Source: Pavona decussata
Lineage: Eukaryota
NCBI GenBank assembly: GCA_977016875.1
Contig: CDRNST010000293.1
Location: forward strand, 1,426,001 to 1,490,000
Direction of reading: 5' to 3'
DNA: 64,000 nucleotides
The translations under genes and the position numbers were made by a program. Shown here piece by piece: positions 29,001-39,600 of the stretch. The notes beneath the pieces are model-generated. The model was not told the DNA's origin, did not search any database, and worked only from the letters and a program-made list of their open reading frames with translations. Positions within the stretch are counted from its first letter, which is position 1, and every line of letters begins with the position of its first letter.

Positions 29001-32000
29001 GCACTTAAACACAATTTGGAGCAGAGAGCGTTGTGATTCTTTTCTCAGGGTCCCTTCCCACAGGAGGATTTTTTTGCTTCTCTATTTCTGCAGTTCTACA
29101 CCATTTGAAACAAAGTGCATTCTGATTCTTATCCCTGGGTCCCTTCCCACAGGAAGATTGTTTCACTTGTCTAGTTCAAAGAGCGTTTTGATTCTTTTCT
29201 GAGGGTCCCTTCCCACATGAGGATATTTTTACTTCTCTCTTTCATCAGTTCCACACCATTTGAAACAAAGAGCGTTCTGGTTCTTTTCTCAGGGTCGCTT
29301 CCCACAAGAGGATTCTTTCACTTGTCTTGTTCAGTCGTTCAAACCCATTTTGAAAAAAAGGTGCGTTCTGATTCTATTCTCAGGGTCCCTTCCCACTAGA
29401 GGATTGTTGCACTTGTCTATTTCAGTAGTTTAAACCCATTTTCAACAAAGTGCTTTCAGATTGATTTCTTTGGGTTCCTTCCCACTGGAGGATTGTTTAA
29501 CTTGTCTCATTCAGAAGGAGTTAAACCCAGTTTGAAAAAAGTGCGTTCTGTTTCTTTTCTCAGGGTGCCTTTCCACAGGAGGATTGTGTCACTTGTCTAG
29601 TACAGCCGTTCAAAGCCATTTGGAACAAATTGCGTCCTTTTTCTTTCCACAGGGTCCCTTCTCACAGGGCAAAATCCCGTCTTATAGAGCGAAAATAAGA
29701 CAGCTGATAATATCATACCTCCACCCAGGCCGTGATGATGTTGTTTTCTGGGGGAACGAAGCTTTTCGCTTGACGGTCATATTGGTGATGAACGGACACA
29801 AGGACAACTGGTGACGCATAGAACGTGATGTTAAAAGGCACTTCCTGAAAACGATAGATAAATGAATAAACAAACAACTAATTAGATTTATAAATCAATG
29901 CGGAAGTTTTAATTAATCTTATCTAATGGTGAAGTAGCTCAAACAGTCATTAGCAAAGAAAGTTTTTTCAGGAACTTTTTTTAGTAACTATATGCTTGTT
30001 ATATTTAGTTATTTATTTATTTATTTAATTATTTATTTATTTATCTTATTATCTATATTTGTTTCATTAGAGTTGATTTCACTATTTAAGTGCTGTAAGT
30101 ATTCAGAGTGCTCTGCAAAGGAATATTTTGAGATAATGTATTTTGTTTATTCTCAATTTTTGCCTGCTGGGTAATGTATTGATATTATTAAAAGAACAGA
30201 AATACTAATCGCAACTGATAATATCACTTTGAGTGACATATATTAATGATATTATAATAAAAAGGTTAGCTCTGATTTGCTTAAAAATAAAGCGAGGTGA
30301 CTGACAGTTGTCACTTACCTGACAGAATCCATAGTTGTCGTTAGCTGAGGGTTTGCCTTTGTTGGGAAAAACCGCTTCTTCAGTGATCGTAAAATTGAGA
30401 TTGGAACCATTGCCGAGGAAAGCAAACCAGTCCTATAAAAAAGAAAAATTTCCATTATTATAACTAGTCTTTCCACCTAAGGTAAATTAAAATTAGTGTA
30501 CGTTTACATGTTACTGCCAAGTACAGGATGGTAGTTCGAGAAGCGACTTACCACAATTGTATCCTTGTGTTTTCCGTCAAAAGGCAAGAATTCTCGTATA
30601 CAGACCTCAAATCCCCGACTTTCTAGATTTTCCAACCAGACATAGACGGCATCATTAGGTTTAGTACTTCGAGAGTATTTAGCGGTGACAAACACAGTAG
30701 GCCTTCCACCAAAGCTCTGCAAAACAATTTTTTGCATCAGTCAAATGATAATTTAATTTATACGTGTAGTCAATGCCCATTATTTGAAAGAATATCAATT
30801 GTTTCTGAAAGGTAACGTTTCATTGAATACAAAGGTGGACGGGAGGGAGGCAGAAATTTCCATGGGGGTGTGTCCTCCCTGACCCTCAACCCCTGACATA
30901 ATCTTCGACCAATGTATCCAATCTTTTTATACTCGTGGTTAGGACTACGTGGACTCTGAAATCCATTCTTGTTTTCAGGGATGGAAATCTTCGTCCGTTT
31001 TCCGTATCAGTCATCAACTCTCATTCCCGCGCTTTTGTTAAAACTTGTATGGGTGCCCTTTGTAAGCTCTTGACGACCCACAGACCCACTTTGCAACAAA
31101 CAGCCATCGGTGTGTGGGAGAATTCTGAACATAATGAAACAGAGACAGCTATAGACATCTTGGCTTTTTTGTGCTGCTCCGATTATTCGTTATGACAATT
31201 TTCTTCTTGAGTGTAGGAACTGAGCCAAAATTGAATCCCTCAGTTAACGAACAAACATGAGTCAGAGGAACATTCTTTTACTAATTGGTATTGTCTTGCC
31301 GAGTATTGTGAATTTGGCACTGAATCTGGAAGATCTCATCCGAGATAGCATTGTCGTGGGGGTGGGAGACAAAAAACTCTGTGTACATTTGCAACTGGAT
31401 TCCTTCCTCACTTCGGAAAAGGCAATTGCAAAGTCCAGGCAGTCTGAAATAGTGAAAAAGAAACAAACTTTCCCACAGCTAAAGGAAAATTTCCAGGATG
31501 ATTTGGCCCTTCACATGCAGAGACTCCGTCTAGCTACAGAATCTAAATACATGAAGAGCTCCAAAGTGGGTCACAGGGCAAAAGCTTGCAGATATCAGCA
31601 AGAGAGGGGGTGAGATGAACTTCTTTGACATAGAGCATAATAACGAATTCTTCCTGGGTGAACTTACTGAACTAGCTGCTGTTCAACGAGGTGCAGGAGA
31701 TTCATGACAAGCAAAGGTCACATTGAATGGGTAACCAGCCGAATTTAAAGTGGATTCAATTGCAGATGTAACCGTAATTCCGCCAAGTCTGCACTACAAT
31801 CTAAAACCAACCCCATTGCTAAGCAAGACAACCAGAAACTGAACTGAACTTTCACAGCAGAGTGACATGTGCAAAACGTTTGCTCAAGAACAAGTGAATT
31901 TTGATAAAAAAAATTTAGAGAGAACTTTATTAGGAAGAGACCCAGCTTAACGTCTGAAGCTAACTCGACAGCTTCAGCAGTGATGACTACAAGGCTAATG

Positions 32001-35000
32001 TAGCAAACAAACAATCTAAGCTGTTCAGTTAACTCTGGGCGTCATGAAGAAAAGCTCCATTCTCACACTCAAAGAGGATGCGAAACCGTTCCAAGTCACT
32101 GTTCCAAAGACAGAACCCGACAGCTCTATCAGACAAATTAAAAGAAGAGTTGGATAGAATGTAAGAGACGGGCGTCATATCCATAGTAGACCAACTTATT
32201 GATTGGTATGAGCCCATGGAGGTAACTCCCAAGAGTAGCGGAAAAGTTAGGGTCTGTGTAGACCTGAGCAAGATTAATGAGTAAATTTAGAGCTCGTGAG
32301 AACCACCCACTTTCAGCGGTAGACAAAACACGAGGACCATTGCCAGGTTCCAGAGTCTTCAAAAAACTCAGATTCAGAATTCTGGCAGAATAAGCTAGCC
32401 TGGGAATCACAAGACCATTGACAACGTTTTGCACTACATACGAACGTTTCTGCTTCAATGTCTTACCATTTGGCATCCGTTCTTGTTCAGAGAAATTCCA
32501 AAAAAAAGTGAGTCAGATCCAGGAAGGAACAGCAGGCGTGAAATATTACATAGATGATGTCTTGCTCCACGGGAAAAACCAGGAGTCACAGAAGAGTGAA
32601 TAGAAGAGAGAGAAGAGTGGCCTCAGAAGAGTAGAGAAATCGGACAAGAAGTCAGAACAGTAAAGAACCTGCTCACAAAAGAAAATAATCCCGCAAAAGG
32701 ATTGCTTTGGCCATAGTTCTCGGAAAAAAATAAAAAAAAATAAAAAAATCAAAGGGGGAGTGATAGGTTGTAGTCAAATGTAAAAAAAAAACAAAATCAA
32801 TCAAAACAAGATTAAAATTTGGCTATGAAAACCCCTACACCCCCCCCCCCCCCCCCCGCGCGCGCGCCCTTTATACTTTAAAAGACTTGTCACGTACTAC
32901 TCCAATGAAGGATGCCAAGACCAAAGTGCATCTACTTTCCTTAAAAAACCGCCTTTGACCGAGTAAACTATCATCAGACACACACCGCAATACTTGGATA
33001 AATGAAACACAATTGCAGGAAATAAAGCTTTGGTCACCAAAAGTTGTGTTACAACAATTAAAAAATTGAAAACCCCCACAAAAAATGCTGTATTTTGATT
33101 TAATAACCGTATGATTTTCAGGTCACGCAATTAAAATTGAGAACTTGAGTTAATCCTAAAAACACTGAGAAGCTTTGAGAAACAACAATATCATGACAGA
33201 TGTCTTAATGAACGCAAAGCAGATCATTAAAGCATAAAATTCGAGTTAGAGGTCAATCCTTGATAATCGTTTTAAAAAAAACACTTTTTTTAATTCTAAA
33301 ACGCAAATAAGGTTTATTTCTGGATAAAATCTCTAATGGCTATTTCAATTCTTGATAAAAAGAATAACATTTAGCTTGGGTTAAGTGCGACAATTAAATT
33401 CGTTCTATAGGTCCGTAATCTTTTCTCAATAGAGATTAACTGTTTTCGTTATTAATAATTAAATTTAGGTGATGTTGAAACTAGTCAAGGTAAAGCATTA
33501 TATAAATAAAATAACCTTGAGTACTATTGGTGATTGACACTACGCTGTTGAAGTTCATTCTGACCCTTGCGTATGAACGGCGCACACTGGTTCTAGCTTT
33601 TGAGTCTATGGATCAGACGAAGTTCTCCATAGTTTTTTATGAATGGCCTAAGGGTGGTTCTACCTTTTGACTTTGGGCTGGATGGAAATGCTTAGTACGT
33701 CTCTTTATCACTGTTTCCCTGCGGTTCTGATTACTAAGCTGCATAACAATCTCACTTTCAATATCTGAATGAAATATTTATTTTTTGGAACTCATTGAAA
33801 TTATTGTGTTGTATTTTTTCTCGGTGCTGCTTTTCTCAATCATTGAGATCAAGTCCCAGTTTTTGAGAGTCTGCAGAAGGATTTCACCATTCAAGCGATA
33901 TCTATTGCCATCAAAAATTGGTTTTGTAAGATTCGATAACTGTTTTTTCTTGGTTGTTCGCAGATATAAAAGTAAAACGGCAAGGAAATTCAAATTGGCA
34001 AGACTTGACACGAAACGGAACACCTTTTTACTTGATCTAACTGGGCAGGGCAGGCGGACCTGTTGGTTTTAAGCGTCAAACGGGCAACGTGAAAATTGAA
34101 CAGTTAATATATCGTTAGCTCTAACGTCACTTCTATTCTCTAACCTGAGAAAAGGTGACTTTATCACACTTAGTTTCTGTTGTCCATATTCCACTGAAAG
34201 TTACACTGCCATGTGATATTCCTGGTTTGTCTTGAAAGGCCACCCAGTTTATTGTTCCTGTGCCATTTGTGGAGTCCGTTGCACGCTGACATAGCAGAAA
34301 TCCTGAAGTATTTATCTCGGTTTCCCAATAGGCTGACGGTGAATGAACAATAGAGGAATCCTCATGACTTAGTGACACAAAAACTCGAACCTAAAAGGTT
34401 AAAGATAGAAGAGTACGAAAACATTGAGCAGCATCTTATGGATAAATATATTATAAGTTTGTTTGGATTGCACAAATTCAGGAACAATGCCAATCATGTG
34501 GAGGTTAAACATTAATTCCTCCCTCTTTCCAAAATCTCCAGTCTCAATAACAGCAACAATTCCTAAGACTTAAGAAATATAACTATAATAAAGCATGAAT
34601 GATTGGAGAACAATAGCCTTTCCGTTTGACATTCTCAAAGAGCTCAGTTAAGTAAATTCGTATCCCTGGATTGAGAGAGGAATATTATAGGACCCAGTAG
34701 ATATATTCGATATGTCATCATTACCCATAGTCACCTGTCATTCCTTACTGCAATTTTGTATATATTTACTTCTTTATTTATTTTATATCATTTTAACGGG
34801 GGTGGGGGCTGCTTTGTTTTCCCCTTATCCAATCACTATCCCTCCCACGATCTATTTCGAACAGTTTGTTTTTGCCGTTTTTTTCTGTCATTAACTTCCC
34901 CAAGGATGTGATAAACAGCACGTTCCCCCGGAATCACCATGAAACACATTATCATTCTTAGATTTATAAACTTACCGTCCCCGATCCACTGAACGCCTGA

Positions 35001-36729
35001 GGGAATACCACATTTGTGCAACGTGGCAATGTACAGTGATCAGGTACATCACAGCCGCTGTTGCAATTCCATCCCTGTGGTATGTCAGTTGAATTTATTC
35101 TTCCTCTCTGCATGGTAACACCTAAGGATTCAAAAGATAATCCGGTTTGTATATATTGTGTTTAAGGAGAGAATAGAGGGAAGGGGGTGGGGTGTTGTTA
35201 GTGGGAGTAAAGGTGCATTACACGGAAAAGAAATAAAAAATAATAATTTAATGAAATAAATTGTGCATCACTGAGAGCACCACGTACAGAAGTAAAATAA
35301 GTAAGCACCCTATAAGGAAGAATTAACCAAAATCAGGACCAAAATCGATTTCTTCTCATGTTACAGAACATGAACGTAATCAGGCACCATATTGGTATGC
35401 AATCTGACAAAGTACTAATGTAACAATGAACCCGAAATAGGACAAAACCCTTCTGCATGTAAGGGCTTGCTCAGCCCAGCAGGAAATACCATTCATTGTT
35501 TAAGATCCACAGGTCGTAAAATTCCTTAGTTTTATAAGGCTGCCCAAACAAGTCACGAACTTTGAGATTTAATCGTCAAAACTTTCCATTCTCAATCTGA
35601 CGATCTTGAGAATCTTTATAAGCAATGTTTACATTTTCAAAGTAGTTGATGAATGGCACAATTTTCTAACCCACACTATTTACGAAAATGAACCCAAAAT
35701 AGATCAAAGACTTGAGAAAAGACTTCCTTAGTTGACCATAAAATTCTGCAACCGCTTAGAAAAATTGCATGATATATTCTCACCAAAATAATTTAATTTC
35801 CGCTGTTGAAATTCATCGTTGAACCCATTTAGTGGAACGACTATTAAATTCCAAAGGGGGTGTGTAACAGTAAATATAACAGTAAATATTCGCTATTCAT
35901 TCTGTGGTCAGGACAGAGAGAACATTGTCTTCCGAAAGAATGCTTTTGTGCTGAAATTATGCTTCAAGAAGGTTACCTGAAATGAAGGTTTTCTCGACCT
36001 CTAAACAACTCTGTTTTTAACGTGTCATCGTTGTCAACTTCAAAAGCGATCAAGAGTTGTTGTGCTGCCAAGTACTGCAAAAACATGCCTGTCTACGCAA
36101 CTTCGATTTTAGTTGTTTTACTTGAACTTAGAGGTTACACGAAACAAATAAAGCCGGGAGTTCGGTATCAATGTTGTTTGATCATACAATGGCTGGAAAT
36201 CTCCAAAGGCATGGCAGGCTGTTAAACCCGGAAATGTTCGGTACCCTTTTATAAATGAAACGAAACGTTTTTGTCTCACAAGTACCACTAGAAGAACACG
36301 TAATGGTATTCAAATAACTAAATTTCATTTTGTTTCACGTTTTTTGTTTCGTTTTCGCAGCAATGTAAGAACATTTGGTATCTTCCTGTAGGGGGTGTTC
36401 CCTTAATTTCCATTAACTTAGTACAATTTGTAATATGTCCTCAAATTATCAACCAAAAACAGAAACTGAAGTCACAAAAGAATAATTGAAATCCATGTTT
36501 AGCTGTTCCCTAAAAGGAAACTTACGAAATCTGAATTACGTTTTGAAAGGTTTTACAACACTTCCAACACCTCGATGTCTTTAATAAAAGCAGAATGCAC
36601 ACGAATAGATATTCCTAACCAATTCATTAAATGAGCTAAGTTATTGTACTGTAGCTTACCTTTCACCGTAGAAGCGAAATTTCCCAGGTATAAGAGAAAC
36701 ACCAATGATGATAGTTTCCAATGATCCAT
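16725..36729 (-). CDS. Copy B, complete 17-exon gene: secreted protein SP-(H-lectin-like)x3-follistatin/Kazal-(H-lectin-like)x3-CTL-cbEGF-TLDc, 1044 aa
   Basis: Exons: 36729-36660, 35121-34976, 34390-34145, 30716-30552, 30432-30319, 29844-29719, 27750-27654, 27432-27214, 26804-26428, 26149-25982, 25253-25143, 24411-24292, 23696-23606, 22753-22379, 21725-21591, 21045-20812, 17065-16725. All introns are GT-AG with compatible phases; total 3135 nt ending in TAA; exons conserved in copies A and C. Confidence 0.9.
17890..19095 (+). mobile_element. Penelope-like retroelement fragment, split by an insertion
   Basis: Decayed frame THFKLTETFQY..IKGDASRLLRT..FKQRLCNRGY..FVMEYRP..HLIENQP.L.EIY..YRKGRSLKDVLVRA, typical of the Penelope post-RT region. 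Confidence 0.7.
18256..18901. mobile_element. Non-autonomous TIR element inserted in the Penelope fragment
   Basis: About 30-bp TIRs CAGGAG..ATAATCAGGGATGGAGACCGTAA; 7-bp flanking duplication gtaaata/gtaaatg. Confidence 0.75.
20812..21045 (-). CDS. Copy B exon 16: N-terminal half of TLDc domain
   Basis: SSIL...L..WL...W..CWRASVDGWAASTFHSGCDNKGPTVTIIK....IFGGY, the canonical TLDc N-terminal signature. Confidence 0.9.
21591..21725 (-). CDS. Copy B exon 15: calcium-binding EGF domain
   Basis: DLNECTKETSYCHQLATCTNKRGSYSCKCNSGYVGNGFDC; phase 1-1 exon; not in the ORF track. Confidence 0.9.
21990..22190 (+). mobile_element. Probable 3' end of a CR1/L2-type LINE
   Basis: Stem-loop CTCAGGG...CCCTGAG, then AATAAA and a (CTT)n tail; boundaries approximate. 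Confidence 0.4.
22379..22753 (-). CDS. Copy B exon 14: C-type lectin domain
   Basis: C..GWSYFNGFCY...C....WLGLND...F.W...W..NQPNN...EDCV.....WNDVKC.....YTCK. Confidence 0.93.
22819..23304. mobile_element. TIR element (CAGGGGCACCCAACG ends) in intron 13 of copy B
   Basis: 15-bp perfect inverted termini; absent from the same intron in copy C. Confidence 0.7.
22876..22977. mobile_element. 102-bp near-perfect hairpin MITE with 9-bp TSD (Academ-like TAG...CTA ends)
   Basis: TAGTCTCCCTCGCAGCCG...CGGCTGCGAGGGAGACTA flanked by cttaatccc on both sides. Confidence 0.88.
23606..26804 (-). CDS. Copy B exons 9-13: second triplet of H-type-lectin-like repeats
   Basis: Three ~95-aa repeats with pattern G......C..V.F...F...P.V.V.....W.E......F..C.......V.W.A. 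Confidence 0.75.
24102..24236. mobile_element. TA-flanked MITE (TAGAGTGTGTGC...GCACACACTCTA); same family at ~38432-38568
   Basis: Inverted termini; empty site GGTATAGTT in copy C (~57925). Confidence 0.8.
25660..25847. mobile_element. Tc1/mariner-type MITE
   Basis: CA.TC..ACCTCTATTAAGCGGCCACC inverted termini, TA duplication; clean empty site TTTGATAGTGCG in copy C (~59845). Confidence 0.85.
27214..27432 (-). CDS. Copy B exon 8: follistatin-N plus Kazal domain
   Basis: DPC.NV.C.....C......ARCEC...CP....PVC..NG.TY.N.C......C.......HPGSC; phase 1-1. Confidence 0.92.
27654..35121 (-). CDS. Copy B exons 2-7: first triplet of H-type-lectin-like repeats
   Basis: Same repeat pattern as exons 9-13, with matching intron positions. 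Confidence 0.75.
27870..29672. repeat. ~89-bp tandem satellite (~20 diverged units) filling intron 6 of copy B
   Basis: GGGTCCCTTCCCACAGGAGGATTGTTTCACTTGTCTAGTTCAG...CCCCATTTGGAACAAAGTGCGTTCTGATTCTTTTCTCA recurs at 28513, 28602, 28692, 28781 and onward. Confidence 0.95.
31030..32620 (+). mobile_element. Degenerate Ty3/Gypsy gag-pol fragment in intron 3 of copy B
   Basis: Gag-like RDSIVVGV.DKKL...LQLD..LT.EKAI; RT motifs GKVRVCVDL, F.FNVLPFGI..CSEKFQK, YIDDVLLHG; many stops and frameshifts; no LTR recognised. Confidence 0.85.
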
Positions 36730-36790
36730 CTTGAAGCAATCTTAGGAAATCTAAAGAAGCAATCCTTAACTTGGACCTATACGCGAGCTG

Positions 36791-36820
36791 TTTTATAATA
36801 CCTGTTTGACAACCCACGTG
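36791..36820 (-). promoter_or_regulatory. Putative core promoter of copy B (TATAAAA plus CACGTG)
   Basis: Same spacing to the ATG (36729) as in copy A. Confidence 0.55.
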
Positions 36821-38199
36821 ATTTCTCATACGTTAGCAAGGGTGTATCAATTCCTCATAAAACAATGATGGCATTTACGCAAAAAAATAATTACGCAATA
36901 AAATCTTGGCAAGACACCTCACTTGTGACATTTTTAGGCAGCGCAAGTTTGAACACATCAGCTTTTACTTGGGAGGATAAAAAATATCGCTTTATGCTCT
37001 TGGATGAAAACTCAATATCATAATTTATAGTCTTGTCCAAGTTTTACTGTGTCGCCAATCAAAGTATTGACCATTCTAAAGAAAATTTTGTAAGAAAAAG
37101 CGCGAAATAAAAGCCGGCAAAAAAGTTATCCCGCCTTAATTTGGAAGAGCGCAAGGCATTCTGGACGACATCTGCTCATAAAAATAGCACTGAAACTGAA
37201 GTTGTCTCAGCGCAATTTAAATACCACTTAATCATAACAGCTTATAGATCTGTGATTTGATAACTGAGCAGCTTAATGTGATGAGAGAAGATTATCACAA
37301 TGTGTCACGTGAGATTCATTTGCCTGTCTGGACAATCACTCAATTCCGCCTCTCCCTCTTGAGTCTTAAACTTCACCCTTCCCCTCCCCTGTGTACTCAG
37401 TCCTTTCCTTTTCCTCGGTGGTTCAAGTCTCATTGTCCCTAATTTTGCTGTTGCAAAGTATTGTTTATAGCTGCAAGTTTCCTTATCACACATGCGTATC
37501 AACGTCAGTCTTGATATTTTGCTTCTTGTTTACGCTTTTCCTTCCTCAGTCGACTTCCCTTCCTTTCTCTGCTGAGTTCCCAGCCCTGTTCTCCGCTAGA
37601 AGTAAACATTCATGAATGTGCCCTTCGCCGTGACGTTTGTTAAATTTAGTCTCATGAAAGTTCTTTTTAATATACAACAGAAAAAGTGAACTCGCTAAAT
37701 GGCCAACACTTAGCATAATTCGAAAAAGTAATGTCTACGTGGACATATGTTCGTTTCCCGGGAGTACGTCTGCTTTTAAATGTCACGCCATTTCTATCCC
37801 ACTTTAATGAAATTTTTTTACCTTAAAAATTGTTAATCAGAGGCCCTAAAACACAATAAAGTGACAGAGATTTCCTTTTCTGAACTTTAGCTGCAGCAAA
37901 ACATATATGTTCCTGTGCATTCTAAGAAAATATGTCCGACTTTGTTTGGGGGTCAAAAGGAGAGAGGAAAGAAAAGTTAGCATTACAGCTGTAACTTTAT
38001 TGCGAGTGACAGCGGATGACAGTACACTTCATTTGGTTATTTTGATAAGGATGCCGCCTAGCTACGCAGGTGCTCAACCTTTGTTCTAGCGAAGAACGGT
38101 ATTTTACTATAAACACTGTTTGTTTATATCGGTATCAACTAAAGGCAACAGATGAATTGTCACGCGAGTATTGTTGTGCAAAGTTATTCTTTTCACCTC

Positions 38200-39600
38200 A
38201 TATTAAAATCGTTGGCGTTGAGTTGTAAGCTCTCGTAAATAAAAGAAACTACAATAGAAAAGAAATGTTAATACAACAGATTTCCAACGATCCATCTTGA
38301 CGAAAATATTGGGAAATCAACAGGTGCGATGCAGGACTTGGACCTAGGATCTGTTTTATAACCCCTGTTTGCAACCCCACGTGATTTCTCATACGCTAGG
38401 AAGAGTATATCAATTACTCGGAAGACAAAGCTATAGAGTGTGTGCACGGCGGCCATGTTGGAGGACTAAAACAATAGAAGATATTTGCATAAAAATAGAA
38501 TATATTTCCCAAAGGAAAATCATCGTATTGTTTCGGTCCTCCAACATGGCCGTCGTGCACACACTCTATTGGTGCACATAAAATAAGTACACAAGAAAAT
38601 CAAGTACACCTGGCTTGTGACGTTTTGAGACCGCGCATGTTTGAACACATCAGCTTTTGTTTATAGAAACGATAAAATATGGCTATATGGTCTTGTTAAA
38701 AAAATCAATCTTAATATAGAATCAAGGTCGTTTTACTACTTTAAAGCCGCGAAATACGTTTTTCCGACACTATTTTGAAGAGCGCAAGACCTTTTGGACT
38801 ACATCTACTTATAAAAATAGCGCTAAACCAGAAGGCCATTTTCCAAGTGTTGCTTCTTTCGAACTCTTTTCCTCCCTCTGTTGACCTTGTTCTCCATTAA
38901 AAGTAATAAGTTCTTCCCCGTGACTCGGATTAAATTATTTCTGATGATAGCACTTTACAGTACAAAAATAAGCAGTCTCTTTGGGACGGTCCTATTAGCC
39001 CACAAATATTATTTCTGGATCCTAAATGTCAAACGAGTGTTAAGAATAAATAATATCCAAGCGGAAATATTTTCGCTTTCGTTAGTTCCTTTTTTTTTTT
39101 CTTTTTAAGTACTCTCCATTTCTTGAAATCCGCATACTGTCTCACTTTCAAGAACATTTCCCCTGTAAAATTTGTTTATTAAAGTCACGAAAACACAAAT
39201 AAATTGATCCAAGAAACTGTCATTTCCATTTTGCTTTAGCAAAACATGTCAGTTTCTGAGCACAAAAATAACGAGATATGTGCAACTTTGTTTGGGTTCA
39301 GTAAGAGAGAGGAAAGAAAGGCGACCATGACAACAGTAACCTTATTGTAAGTGACAGTGGATGACCGAACAATTTGGTTATTTTGATAAGGACGCCACCG
39401 AGCTCTGCACGTGCTCAACCGTTGTGCTAGAAAAGAACGTTGTTTCTGCAATAAATATTGTTTGTTCATTTTGTATCAACCATAAGTGCCAGAGATTAAT
39501 TGTCACACGAGCGTTGTGATGCTGAAAATAACTTCTTGACACCGTAATGCAAAATACAGATCACAAAGCTACGTTTTGATCGACCGTTTTACAACTGTTT
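38200..39600 (-). pseudogene. Collapsed relic of a further gene copy: promoter and first 5 codons fused to an intron 11/exon 12 fragment
   Basis: ATG GAT CGT TGG AAA at 38295-38281 with TATA/E-box upstream; 38200-38279 matches 24364-24441; 38590-39600 re-duplicates upstream sequence. Confidence 0.78.

Noticed and set aside
27870-29672. CRISPR-like array or coding repeat (ORFs 28104-29814 and 62600-63774)
   Set aside because: The entire 89-bp unit repeats with no unique spacers, there are no cas genes, it lies in a spliceosomal intron, and the unit length is not a multiple of 3.
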